A program made the position numbers and the translations under genes. From the human T2T-CHM13v2.0 reference genome, Homo sapiens, in assembly GCF_009914755.1 (NCBI RefSeq), contig NC_060927.1: a DNA stretch of 64,000 bases; one strand, written 5' to 3'. This document shows, piece after piece, positions 1 through 15,900 of the stretch (the stretch's first letter is position 1; every line of letters starts with the position of its first letter). The notes beneath the pieces are model-generated. The model was not told where the DNA came from, made no database searches, and saw only the letters and a program-made list of their open reading frames with translations.

Positions 1-289
1 TTTACTTGTCCTAGGCAACTAATAGGCTCTGAAATAACGACTTATCACATGCACACTATACACTATATATTTTAACATTTTAATTTTTTTCACCAGATAT
101 TTGAGCCTTTAAAAGGGGCAAGATAAGATTAGAAATACTCAAGACATCAATCATTATAGCTTCACGGAAGCTATACTCATAAACGAAGGTGATATTATCC
201 CTTGGAAAGCAAAAGAGTTTCAAAAACTGTCAACTGAAAAGCTTTTGAAGACTCACAAGTCAGAAAATTGTCAGGATCAAGGGCTGAAA

Positions 290-1750
290 AGTGTAAGAAT
301 AGACCAATAGATCAATGGCACAAAATGGAGAGACTTAGAATAATCCCAAATATAATTGGGAACATGAAATCTGACAGAGGAGGGAGGTAGAGCAAATCAG
401 TGAGAAAGGAAGACTCATTCAATAGAAGAGGCCAGGGACATCTGCTCTTTAGGTGGAAAATAATACAACTAGATCCACACATTTTCACGATTTCCAGATG
501 GATTAAAATTAGAAGTGGCAAATGCAAAGAATTTACCAAAAAAACCCCCAATAAGATACTTATTTTCTATTAGGCTGGGGCACACTTACTTAAGGCACAA
601 AAAGTGCAAACCGTCAAGGAGAACATCATCGTTTGTCTATACCAAAATGAAAATTTTGTGTATGAAAAAATACATCATAAACACAGTCAAGTTATAAGCT
701 GCTGACTAGGCAAATTACTTGTAACACTGTGAGAGAACTAAGGTTTAATAATAATAAAATTACAAGATGGCAGCAAAATATATAATGCTTTGTACATGCC
801 AGACTGTTTCAAGTGCCTGACATAAAAACTCATGTATTCTTTACAACAAATTTGTGGGTACTGTTATTCTTCCCACTTTTCAAAGGAAGTGATTTAATCA
901 CAGAGACATTAAGTGACTTTTCCAAGGCTAATGATGCTAGTTAATGGCAGAGTGTGATATATAAAGATGGATAAATAAAAACAACAACAAAAAATGAATA
1001 ACCCAATAGAAAAAAAAGGCTATGGGCATGTAATTCATGAAAAAAGAAACTTGAATGGCAAATAGTACATTTGAAGACTGGCTCAATTGAACTATTAGTG
1101 AGAAAATGCAAATTAGAACACTGAGATACAATTTAACATCCATTAAATTGGCAAAATTTAAAAAGTCTGGAAACATCAAGTGTTGGTAAAGATATAACAA
1201 ATGTAAAGTTTTTGTATACAGCGGACATCCAGGTGAGTTTAAAAAGTTTGAAACTCTCCAGCTCAAGAACTATACTTTGGAGATTTTGCCACATGTGGGA
1301 ACAAAGAGTAGTAAACAAAGATATTCACTGAAGAACTGTATATGATAATTATAAATGTGAAAGACACAATTGTGCAAGTTTCAAAAGGATATATTCAACA
1401 AGAAAATGTATATCTAAATGATAAAAACATACAATATCACCATATGTTGTTTATGACGATATATATACAAGGTAAAGATTTTTGAAAACCCATAGTAATG
1501 ATACACATGGACTTCAAGTTAGTAGTTATCTCTAAGATGGGAAAAAGAAAAATGGGGGTTGAACTTTTTATTTCTAAAGGAAAAACTTTATAGGAATTAA
1601 ACTTGGAAAAACATTAGCATATGTTAAATGTGTACAATAGGGACATGGGAATAAGTTATATTGTTTTTAGTGCTTTTCTGTATGTTCTAAATATTTCAAA
1701 ATTAAATTTATTTTTCAAATTAATTATGCTGTAAAAATTTAAAGAAAAAG
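290..1750 (+). mobile_element. Ancient L1M (L1ME/L1MC-like) ORF2 3' end and 3' UTR fragments, interrupted by a MIR
   Basis: Degraded L1 motifs: AATAGACCAATAGATCAATGG, GAAAATGCAAATTAGAAC..GAGATACAATTTAACATCCATTAAATTGGCAAAA, CAAGTGTTGGTAAAGAT. Confidence 0.7.
770..955 (-). mobile_element. MIR SINE
   Basis: Reverse MIR core: CCCACTTTTCAAAGGAAG..CACAGAGACATTAAGTGACTTTTCCAAGG..GCTAGTTAATGGCAGAG. Confidence 0.6.
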
Positions 1751-3886
1751 AGGTACTGTGAATGCAAGAACCATGAGAACATACATGGCCATGAAAGGGA
1801 GATGCTGTGCAGTGAAGAGCAGGTTGAAGAATGATTTTATTTGAAGAAAGTCCTGTGGGCAGTAAGAGACAGAAGGAGAGAAAGAACCTTTCAAATTTGA
1901 GAAAGCAGAAATCACAAACTGCTGACCACTGAGCCCAATATAGCCAGAAGACATGCATGTTTAGTCAGCCCAGAAATATTCAAATCTGAATATTTTTATG
2001 TGAGGCATACACCTTTTATTTTCTTACTGTCCCCACAAATCCCTCATGTCTTCCGCCAGGCCATTTGTTTATTTATCTGGTTTATGAAAACTTCTGAGTT
2101 TGAAATCCCTGGAAAAGACTGAAATGAACGAAAGATAAGGGATTAGGTTTGGAATGCAAGAGAAATACCTCTTCATCAGAGGCAGTAGAGGAGAAGAGGG
2201 AAGAAGAGATGGAAACATTTGAAAAGAGAATTTAAGAAAGGTGAGATTTTGAATAAGAAGAAAGTTAAACATTAGAAAAGAGTGGGGAAACATCTGGATA
2301 CACCTTTAAATGTCATATAGATGAGCCTTTCATATGACTTTATTGTTGAAAGCATCTTTACTCAATAGCTTTTCTGAATCTCTTGTATGATTTTTTTGCC
2401 TCCTGAAAACAGGATTGCCTTTTTGAAGCTTACCTCATGCTGCAGGTGTGATGATCAGAATTATTTCTCTGGCTTCTGGATTTCCTCCTTGATTATCTGT
2501 TGTATTAATATTAGTTCCTCTTGGGTTTCTCTGGGTAAAACCTTCCCTAATGTGGTCTGAAAATGGATCATGGCACTGTCCTCTCCCTTTTATTAATAAA
2601 AAAGTCTGTTTCAACAACCTTCTTGAATGTGTAAGAAGCTATCATTCCAACAATTATAAAAAGGTCCTAGCCATTTTCTCTTCAAGTCCATTCTCTTCCT
2701 TTTATCCATCTGGAACTTTAAAAACTTTCAGTTTTACTCTGCCTAAAAGCAATAGCACTAGTGTTCAAATGCTGAATAAGACTGCATCTCTGAAACATCA
2801 TAATAATTGACTGATTGAGTCAATTTTGTAAAATCCTCTCCTTTTTGTTTTTTATCAGGAAAATAAAAATGTCTAGCCAATTTTATCCCGATGGAAGTGA
2901 TAGATTTGCAATTTCAATTGAACTGACTGGTCAATCCAATCAAATAAGTGGTTTTACTGTTTTTCTCTGGTGAATTAATTAGTTGTTTAATTGAACTAAA
3001 CAGATTTATAGGTTTCCTGGGTATTGCATGAACAAAACCCAGTGAAAAATTAAAACTTAAGGTGTCACTCACTACACAGACAAATAATTTTTTGAGGTTG
3101 GTTTTACATTTGCAACTAAGTTTTGGCTAAGCTTATCTTCGTGAGGCTTTGTTTATAAAATCCAAGGCTAATAGATTCCAAAATATGCTTGATACTTTTG
3201 AGGAGTGGTCAAGAAGATTATTGTAAGGTGCCCGGTGAATTGGGTGGGGGCAGAGGTTGTTAGCAAGGAGATTCATCAAAGGTTTGGTGGAAAAGGTGTT
3301 AAGTTTATTCATAAAGAAATGGACATACCTAGATCAAGATTTATAGAGATTTTATACGTGCATACTTTTGCACTCAAAACACTGTACCAGGGACTACCGG
3401 GGCTCCAATGATGAAAACTATAAAATTCCTACTTTTTGGTGAGAATCCTAGTCAGGAAACTTTTGTCTTCTAGAAAAAGAATATACTATACTGGCTCAAA
3501 TAAATTCAAAAGAAAAATACATTTCCCATTTCCCATAAGTACAATCTAGAAAGAACATATTTTGGGTACGATTTAGGTGTCTCAATTAAAGCACTAAAGA
3601 TATAATTCTACTGTTCACCCTGATATCCTCAACAGCAGATCTACCCTAAAGCAGGTTCATTTTTTGGTTACAAGGTGGCTGTCAGTGACACTTAGGACTA
3701 TGAGCTATCCTACTGATATCTAGTATGTGTGAGTGAAAGTGTAAACAAGAAAGGTGGAATTCAGGGGAGAAAGGGAGGGAGAGAAGGTGAGTGGAAAGAA
3801 AACTAGAACCACAAAAGTAGGTAGAAAAACTTTACCCTGGTTACAGAGTATAAGCCTCTCTTTTTGGTTTCATGAGGCCATTTTAA

Positions 3887-6597
<2,711 letters not shown>

Positions 6598-8019
6598 AGA
6601 ATAATCAATATCCCCTACCCAAGCCAAAAAAATACGTACGTTTAGGGGAAGACTGGATAAAGTTTGCGGTTCTGTTAGGAAGTAGGAGTAATAAATATGA
6701 ATGTTGTAAAAGCAACTGACAATATCTTCCACATTTATTTTGCAATTTATTTTTTGTGTAGCGATAGAGAAAAATGCAAGAAAAACATACATATAACTAT
6801 AACCTAAGATGTAACATAGTAAATGCACAGCCTCAAAAATCAGTCAGAGTTGCTGTTAGAGTTGAAACTTGCCTTTTTTTCTTGAATTAAACTTTTACAA
6901 TTCTGGATGAGTATGTCTTGATCTTCAGAAATTGTTACTTTGTGAGTGCTAGTTTTGTACAGATTCCTGAATTCCTCTGGAATCATGTTTTATTTTGGTT
7001 TCATTTCTGCATATCCTCACAATGTCTGCTAACCTTTAAAATCCTATTGAAAAGTTGTCTCTGATTTATGGCCATTTTCCACAAAGAAGGAAAAGTTTCA
7101 ATCACTATAGAGGAATTACCATATATTCAGTGAAGAGAGAATAATAAAAGTGCATTGAGATGTGGGTGTCAGGCAGTGAGCTAGAATTACCCATTAGCTA
7201 CATGATTTGTTCCCACACATCAGCTTGTCTGTGTGCTCAATTTGAATGTGTGCTTCAGCAAAATTTGAAATCAAAGCATACCATGGACTATCAGGGTCAT
7301 CTGCAAACAGTCAAAACCACTTATATTAAATTCTTAAATGTCAAGGGTTTTCAATACAAATGTAAGCTATTAATACATTTTATGAAAGATATGTGAACCA
7401 ATTATTATCGGAATTTATAGGAGGAAAATTCCTTCCCAGCAAAGAGTCATTAGAAATATTCATGAAAATTGTCAAATATTCAGGGCAGATTTAGAAGTTT
7501 CTTTTGCATCTTCTGTGGTGATGATTTGATGTGGAGGACTTAAAAAAAAAACCTCAGCTGTATAATTTCTACATTAAGTCTAGAAAAGGAAGCAATTCTG
7601 GATCCTTGAAAAAGGAAAACGGGAATACATTCAACTATCTTTGTCTTGACAGGCACCTTTAACTATACTTCTAAAGGATTCTTTGAAAGTGCAAAGAACA
7701 AATGTGCTATCAAGAAAATAGGGAAACTATTTTCAAAAGAAGAAAATAAGCAGATCAAATAGGTCACTTTACACAACAAATACCTTACAACATACAGAGT
7801 GTGTGCCCAAGTTACATGTAAGCAACAATTCTGAAAGGATGGAGAAGGAAAAAATAATTACCTAGAATGGTCTCACCTCTCTCCGTGGTGTTGAAGGCCA
7901 GTAGCTGAAATGTAAAGCCAAATATTGAGTACTTGCAGCTTAAACCCTTGATCCTGTTCATGCACAGTACAACTAACTTTATGCAGTGATCAAGATGGAT
8001 GATTAACATGTCTAGTTAA

Positions 8020-8373
<354 letters not shown>

Positions 8374-8700
8374 TAAAACCTTACAATAACAAATTAACTT
8401 ATATAATAATTAACTAGATTTGACTGGCTGTGTATAAAGATGACTCATACATTATAATAATTTGGGAGGGTGATTGTAATACAAATACATTCAGCTGCTT
8501 GCCTAGAACATTCAGAAATGAAAGTTACTAAAGCCCAGTTGGCTGTAAATCCATGGAATGTGACTTCAATCTCCCTCACTAAAACATCTCCCCATGCTCT
8601 CTGGAACTTATTACTTCGCTCTATTTCACTAACACTCAAAATATATGAGAATATTCAGATAAAATTATATCTTCTAAAATAAACAGAAGATATGAATGAT

Positions 8701-8790
8701 TAAATATTCTTATCTGTGAGCTAATCAATTTAGTGAGCTAATGCTTAAATATTCTTATCTGTGAGCTAATCAATTTAGTGAGATAATGCT
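8701..8790. repeat. 45-bp tandem duplication (2 copies, 1 mismatch)
   Basis: TAAATATTCTTATCTGTGAGCTAATCAATTTAGTGAG(C/A)TAATGCT at 8701-8745 and 8746-8790. Confidence 0.95.
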
Positions 8791-9134
8791 ATCCCCACCA
8801 CCTAGTGGCATATCTGCATTGAGAGGATAATCATTTTGACGTGGATAAAGAGGACAGAACAGTCCATACTTCAGGGGGAGCAAAATTGAATAGGTCAATA
8901 GCTTAGGGAGCATTTTGGGGAATCTGTGGGTTCTTAGGATTTATGGACATGAAAAAAAGCATATCAGATGGATTTCCAAGGGTCTCTTTTGCACACCGAT
9001 TACTTAAGAAGCTAGTAGGCCCAAAGTGGGGACCCTTTTAAAGCTGATCCAGTGCCTTGCAAGTCATTGTTTCCTTCGCTATTGTTAGCTACTTATGAAT
9101 TCACATATCCAAGCATCGTCATGATCATCATCAA

Positions 9135-9330
9135 AAATTTACTCAGTGCCTACAATGTGCCAGGCAGTCTACAGATCACCTTACATGGATTGTTCAATCT
9201 CCAAAACAGTGGGAGGTATACAGTCCACGCTTTACAGACAAGAGAACTGAGTAATTTGTCAAATGCCACTTAACTTCAAGTAGAAGAACTAGGATGTGAT
9301 CCCAGATTTTCTGACTTTAGAGACAATGTT
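9135..9330 (-). mobile_element. MIR SINE
   Basis: ATTTACTCAGTGCCTACAATGTGCCAGGC..TTTACAGACAAGAGAACTGAG..GATCCCAGATTTTCTGACT. Confidence 0.65.
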
Positions 9331-12300
9331 CCTACTTCCTATTTGGTCTGACCTTTTTACTGTATGGCTATAATTTTTGGTTCATCTTAATTACTTCTCT
9401 ATCCTGAGGGCTTCTTCATTTCTCAAAATCATTAGTGCTTTCTGATCGCAACCATTTGTTTTCTATTGCCAAACTTTTCTGGCTATTAACTTTATTTCAC
9501 CTGGCTAATATCACAGTCATCTGCTGCTTCAACCTGTCTCCAGTGGCCTAGACTGACTTTGGACTACAGCAACAACTAAATCTTCAAGCCTTCGATCTGA
9601 GAGAGAATGCACCTAAATATGGAAAAAGAGAAAGAAAGAGGAGCTTGGCTAGGGCCAAAGACAATCTCCACTGATTTTTAAATGTTAAACCTTAACAGGT
9701 ACAGATACAGAGGGATCTTTTACAGTCTCTGCTATACCCTGACCTTCAGGGGATTACTTAACTTCTCAGACAGAATCAGTTAACAAGTGATGCTTGATGC
9801 TTACTCTGGACAAACTGGACATATTTCCTGCCTTCAGGTGCTCTGAAGTCTATAAAACTATGGTTAATAATCACACTCCTTCTGAGTTGTAAGAGCAAAA
9901 ATTATCTAGCCTATGCTTATTAGTCAGTATTTGTTAAAATTCAGTTTGATTCCTCTGGGTAGAAATCAAATATTATATATTCAAATTCAGTTAAGCTAAA
10001 TCTTGCTTCTGCGTTGGCATTACTAATATTCTGAAGCCAAGGAAACTGTAATCATTTGTTCTTTTCCTTACAAGCCCAAGCCTAAGTACAAAAGACGCTG
10101 TGCTTAGGGGAATTGATTGAAGTATAAGATTGAGTTCCTGCTGATTGCTTTTCCTGTACACAGTTTATAACTCTTTGTTGTCCTTTTTGCCCCTAGGGTA
10201 AGAGCAATTCCAAAAAAAAAAAATGAAATGTGGTAACACTGGCAAGAATGAGCTTTCATTCTTTTTGGAAAAAGTAACTTATGTATTTGGCATCGTAGTA
10301 TGTTTCCAATTACATGGAAAAAGACATCACTACTGGTAGCTTTAAGGTTTGCCTCCTGATGGAATGGCATGAAGAGAGAGCTTTAACACCATTCCAAAAT
10401 TTAGGATTTTATGAGTAGTCCAGTGAGCCTAAGTGCATGAAAAATACTGAGAGTAGAGTATTTATTGGTGCAAAGAGAGACAACTCAATTCTCTGAAAGA
10501 CAAGATTTACCAAACATTAAATACAAAGGTGCAGCAAAAAGATTTCAAATAGAAATCTACATTAGGATTCTTTTGAGTAACAAAGACAAAATTCAAATTG
10601 ATTTATATATAAGGAAATTTATTGACCTGTGTACCAAAATTATGTGAAGACAAATCTGGCTACACGGATGGCTGTCTCCATGAATATTTTCAGGAGTCTA
10701 TCTTTTCATCTTTGAGTATGTGTGTGTGTAAATAGATATGGACACTGTGTATCTAGAGAGAGACAGACATACGGTAATATACACAAATTTAAATATACAA
10801 TTTAATGCATTTCCATAAATGCATATAATTATTTACCCTACCTACCAATCAAGATAGTAAACTTTTATATCACCTGCAAAAGTTCTCTCATGCCTCACTT
10901 TCGTGGACAAATCCCTTTTAAATTATGTTGACCTAACAATATAAATTTCAAGCAAAGTTCAAGCTGTATTTACAAACCCCCTAAAGATTGCCTTTTTTAC
11001 ACTCCAAACATTTAAATGCCTTTTCTAGTGTTTAACTAACCAACATTAATGATTTACTAATTTATTTAACCCAAGTGCATGTATGTTTTATAATCTCATT
11101 AAACTATTACCAGTTTTGCACGTTTACCAGTGAGATAATAAAAGGCTAATAAAGGGGCATTTTGGTGTCTAAAGACGTTTGATATTTCTGACCACCTTTT
11201 TTATTTTAGCCATGGTTTGCATTTTCTAAACCTGTTGTTGGTATTTTACTGAAGATTAATTGTCTATCAATTTTATGTAAATAGGATAGCTAAGATTCCT
11301 GTGCATATTCATTCATAAATTAAAAACACTGCTTTCTACCAGTTAGCTCTATAAAAGGGAAATAGACCTTGACTAGACATAATGAGGCATTTGTGTTCAC
11401 CATAACTGTAGTTTACTATTAGTGTTTGAAGAGTCATCAGTTCTCATTTACTCTGCTAAGTGACAATAAGTGAGGCTAAAGTAAATTCCTATCAACACTC
11501 CAGGGTCACCTTAGTGAATTTATGGAGGATACCATAACATTATTTGAAACAACTGAAATTTTTGGTTCTACTGCCCAATAGCACAAACCACTAGTTTGAT
11601 CTGTCATCTTGTATATCCAGTGACACTTAGAGTGCACATCCTCAGGAAGGGTGAACTTGAGAGCAGTCATGGCTATATGTTAGATTGTGTGTATTCTTAC
11701 TTAACACACAATGCTCAGGGCGACCCATGTGTTGAGATTGGTTGCAGAGTCAAATATGAATTCCTTGCTATTTTTAGATGTTTGAGTAAAAGAATTCAGT
11801 AAAAGGCAACTCTGTGGGACATTTAAATCCCAGATTGTAATTATACATAAATACATGTGTAAACATTTTCCCCCTAAATCTAGTAATATAGCAAAAAATC
11901 AATAACAATGCACTTTTTTAAGTTAGCATAATACTTAGTTTATCTGGAGAGTGAATTTTAGAAAACTACAACCATACAAAATGTAATAGAAAAATAAACT
12001 AAAAATATATTGATGCTAACAGTTTTCAAATAATGTCACTTCTGCCCTAATAGCTTTTAGAGCATGTAGATACAGCAGAGACTGGGTCTGTGTAATTTTA
12101 CCTTCCTGCCCTTCAACCTGAACACTTCTGTTTTTAACTAATATATTATCTGAGGTTCTGTTGTGAGAGAGAAAAAGAGAGAATAGGTCACTGGCCTATG
12201 CCATATGTCACAAAGCCAGTGTACCAAATCCAGTTTGTTCCTTAAAGGAGGCTCCAAAACTTTAGTAATATGCAGGTATAATAAACTTGATTGATTAGTG

Positions 12301-12966
12301 TCTTAAATTCATAGATTAGAAGTAAAAAAAATGAGATGGGGTGGCAAAAGAATTGTAGTAGGCATATTTACTACAATTTAAAAAAATCAATGATACATAG
12401 CTACAATAATGAAAACAATACACTACTGGCATAGGGTAGGCGTAGAGACCAACGTTATAAATTGACAGTTCAGAAATATGCCCAATTTTATTTTCAACAA
12501 AGGTACCAAGCTCATTCAATGGGTAAAGATGAGTTTCTTCAAAACATGATGCTGGGAAAAATGAATTTCACCTTGTAAGAAAATGCAATTCAACCTCTAC
12601 CTCAATATAATTTTTGTATAGCCCCTTTAAGTTATATATAAACCAAGTCAGAGTGTATCAATGACCTAAATATAAGAGCTAAACCCCTTATAAAAAGACA
12701 TAGAGCTAAATGTTAATAACTTTTGGCAATGGATTCTTAGATATGCCACCAAAAGCATTAAAGACAAAAGAAAAAAATAGATGTTAGATCTCGTTAGTAT
12801 TAAAAACTTTTTATATCAAAGGACGTTATCAAGAAAGTGAAAAGATAACCCACTGATTGGGAGAAAATATTGGTAAATCATACATGTGATAAGGTTTAAT
12901 ACCCAGCATATATAAAGAATGTAATGCAACAACAAAGAGATAAACTAATTAAAAAGTGGGCAAAGG

Positions 12967-15900
12967 GGAGGGGCTTCAAGATGACTGACTAGAAGCACCT
13001 GGTACCAGCTTCCTCCATAAAGAAGAAACAAAACGGTGAGTAGATAATGACACTTTGCATAGATTATCTAACAGAAAACACTGGAATTCAACAGAGTAGT
13101 AGCAGGAAACACCTAAAGCAAGGAAAAAGAGGGAAGTAAGACAGCCTGCTCAGGGATTAGCTGGGTGCCTGGAGATGCTCTCCTATATGGAGAAAGGATA
13201 AGTGAGGACCCCCAGCAGTCCACATTTCCACAGTAAACTCCTATATCCTAGTTATGGGAAAGCCCTTAGACCTTTGTGGGCCCTCAAACTAAGATAAGGA
13301 GCTTCCTGGAGACTGTGTGAAGGCATTGCTCCAGAGAGAGGCAGCTCATGCGGGTCCCACACACCTCCAACCCCTAGCAGCTACAGCAAGGCACCATTTT
13401 GACAATCCATCCCACACCAGACTGCATCCTGCCCAGGGGCTCAACAGCCCCTATATCTTTATATTTATGGAGCCCGATTGATATTCCCTGACCACAGACA
13501 CTGCATGGCTGGCTGCTGCCTCCAGGGTTGAAGTAGGTGCCATTGGCAAAGACCTTGCTACCCCCAAAAGCAAAAGTCATATGCATTTTCACATGCCCTG
13601 AGGACAAACTCCCTTGCACACACCACTGGGGGGCCCAAAGACAGATCTGCCCCGTCCAGCTCACCCTCCCCCAGTGCCCAGGCATGCCATCTTGGGACCT
13701 GATGACCACTGAGCCCAGTCCATCAATGTTGGCACCTAAGCACTCTTCCCAGGGACCTGAGGTTGGCCCACGCAACCCGCTACTACCAGTAGAGCTGACA
13801 CCCACTTGCATCCACCATCTGCAGGCATGGTGATTGTCCTGCTCAGCCTGTTGTGGCCACCACCAACACCAGTGAGAATTACTTTGGAGCCAGAGGTTTG
13901 TCTCATCATTGCAACTGCCATTCTTCATGACATGCTCACCTACCAGGGAACTGAGGACCCACACACTCACCCAGCCCATTGTTGTTACTATTGGCATGTA
14001 AGTGAGCAACTTGGAGGCCCAAGGACAGGCATGCTTGGACTGCCACTGCCACCACTGGGGCCCAAGGACATGTCCACCTGATGTCTCCATCCCCAGTAAA
14101 ACTTGACCACAGCCTTCATTAACAACTGCACCCTAAGCCACTGAAGAAATCACAGATACCACTGATACTGTTTACAGCCAAAGGCATCATTCAAAGACTA
14201 TACTATATTGCATGCATGCAGAATCAAAACTAAAGTGTCCTACTCAACTAACACCATAAACAAATATTCAGAGAAAACTCCTCCCATACAAAAGCAAATT
14301 CAAAATTTGGAAGAAGTGATAATTATACCAGATGTTCAGATATAACTATAAGAACACAAGAAACATAAAAAATTAAAATAAATATGACACTTTCAAAGGA
14401 ACATGATGGTTTTCCAGTAGAAGAGTCCAATAAGAAAGAAATGTATGAAATCCTGGATATACAATTCAAAATCATGATATTAAATAAGCTCAGTGAGATA
14501 TAAGAGAACTCAGATAAACCATACAAAGAAATCAGAAAAACAGTTTAGGATATGAATAAGAAATTTATCCAAGAGATAAAAGAGCTAAATGGAAATTCTG
14601 GAACTAAAGAATATATTCAATTAATTATACAATACATTAGAAATCTTCAGCAATAAAATAGATCAAGCAGATGAAAGAGTTTCAGAACTTGAAGACAGGT
14701 CTTTTGAAATAATCCCATCAGAAAAAAAAGAATAATGAAAAAATAAAAAAGAATGAACAAAGCCTACATGATATAGGTGAACACCATAAAGTGACCAAAT
14801 ATTCAGATTTTCAGTGTTCCAGAAGGTAAAGAGAAAATGAAAGGGATAACAAAACAAATTAAATAGTATCTGAAAACTTCCCAAGTCTATCAACAGATTT
14901 AGACATCTAGATATGGAAAGCTCAGAGATCTCAAACAGATACTATGCTAAAAGATCTTCTGCATAACACATTAAACTCAAACTGCCAAAAGTCAAGGACA
15001 AAGAGATAATTCTAAAAAGAGCAAGAGAAAAGCATCTAGTCACTTATAAAGATAGTCCCACAGACTAGCAGTGAATTTTTCAGCAGAAACCACAGGAGAG
15101 AATAGGGTGATATATTTAAACTGTCAAAAGAAAAAAAAAAAAAAAAACACCTGCCAACCAGTAGATTATATCCAGCAAAGTTATCCTTCTGTAAATTAAG
15201 GAGGAATAAAGTATTCCTCAGACAAGCAAAAGCTGTGGGAATTTGTCACCACTAGACTGGCCCTCCAAGAAATGCTTAATGGAATTCTATACCTGGAAGC
15301 AAAAGAACTATATCTACTATAATGAATACACAGGAAAATAGAAAACCCACTGGTAAAGCTAACATACAAATAAGGAAGGGAAAGAACACAAATGTTACCA
15401 CTACAGAAAACCACCAAACCAAAACAATAAACAGTAAGAGAGAAAGAAAGGAACAAAGAATATGTCCCCCAAATCAATTAATAAAAATGACAAAAATAAA
15501 CACATATCAATAATCTCTTAAATATAAATGCATTAATCTAACTTTCCTCTTAAAAGATATAGACTGGCTGAATAGATTAAAAAAAACATGACCCAACTAC
15601 ATGCTACCTACAAGAAACTTATCTCACCTGTAAAGACACATATAGAACGAAAGTAAAGGGATGGAAAAAGATATTCCATGCCAATAGAAACCAAAAGCAA
15701 GCAGGAGTTCCTATAGTTGTCTCAGATAAATCAGACTTTAAGCCAACAACAGTAAAAAGAAAAAAAGAAAGGCATTATGTAATCATAAAGGGATGAATTC
15801 AGCAAGAGGATATAACAATTCTAAATCTATATGAACACAATACTGGAGTATCCACATATATTGAGCATATGTTATTGGAGCTAAAGGGAGAGATCAACTC

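Noticed and set aside
8701-8790. Direct repeats as a possible CRISPR-like array
   Set aside because: Only two abutting copies, no spacers, eukaryotic context
13374-14090. 238-aa minus-strand ORF, the longest in the track
   Set aside because: Lies antisense within the GC-richer 5' UTR of the old L1, where stops are naturally rare; no recognisable domain and not the L1PA ORF0 context
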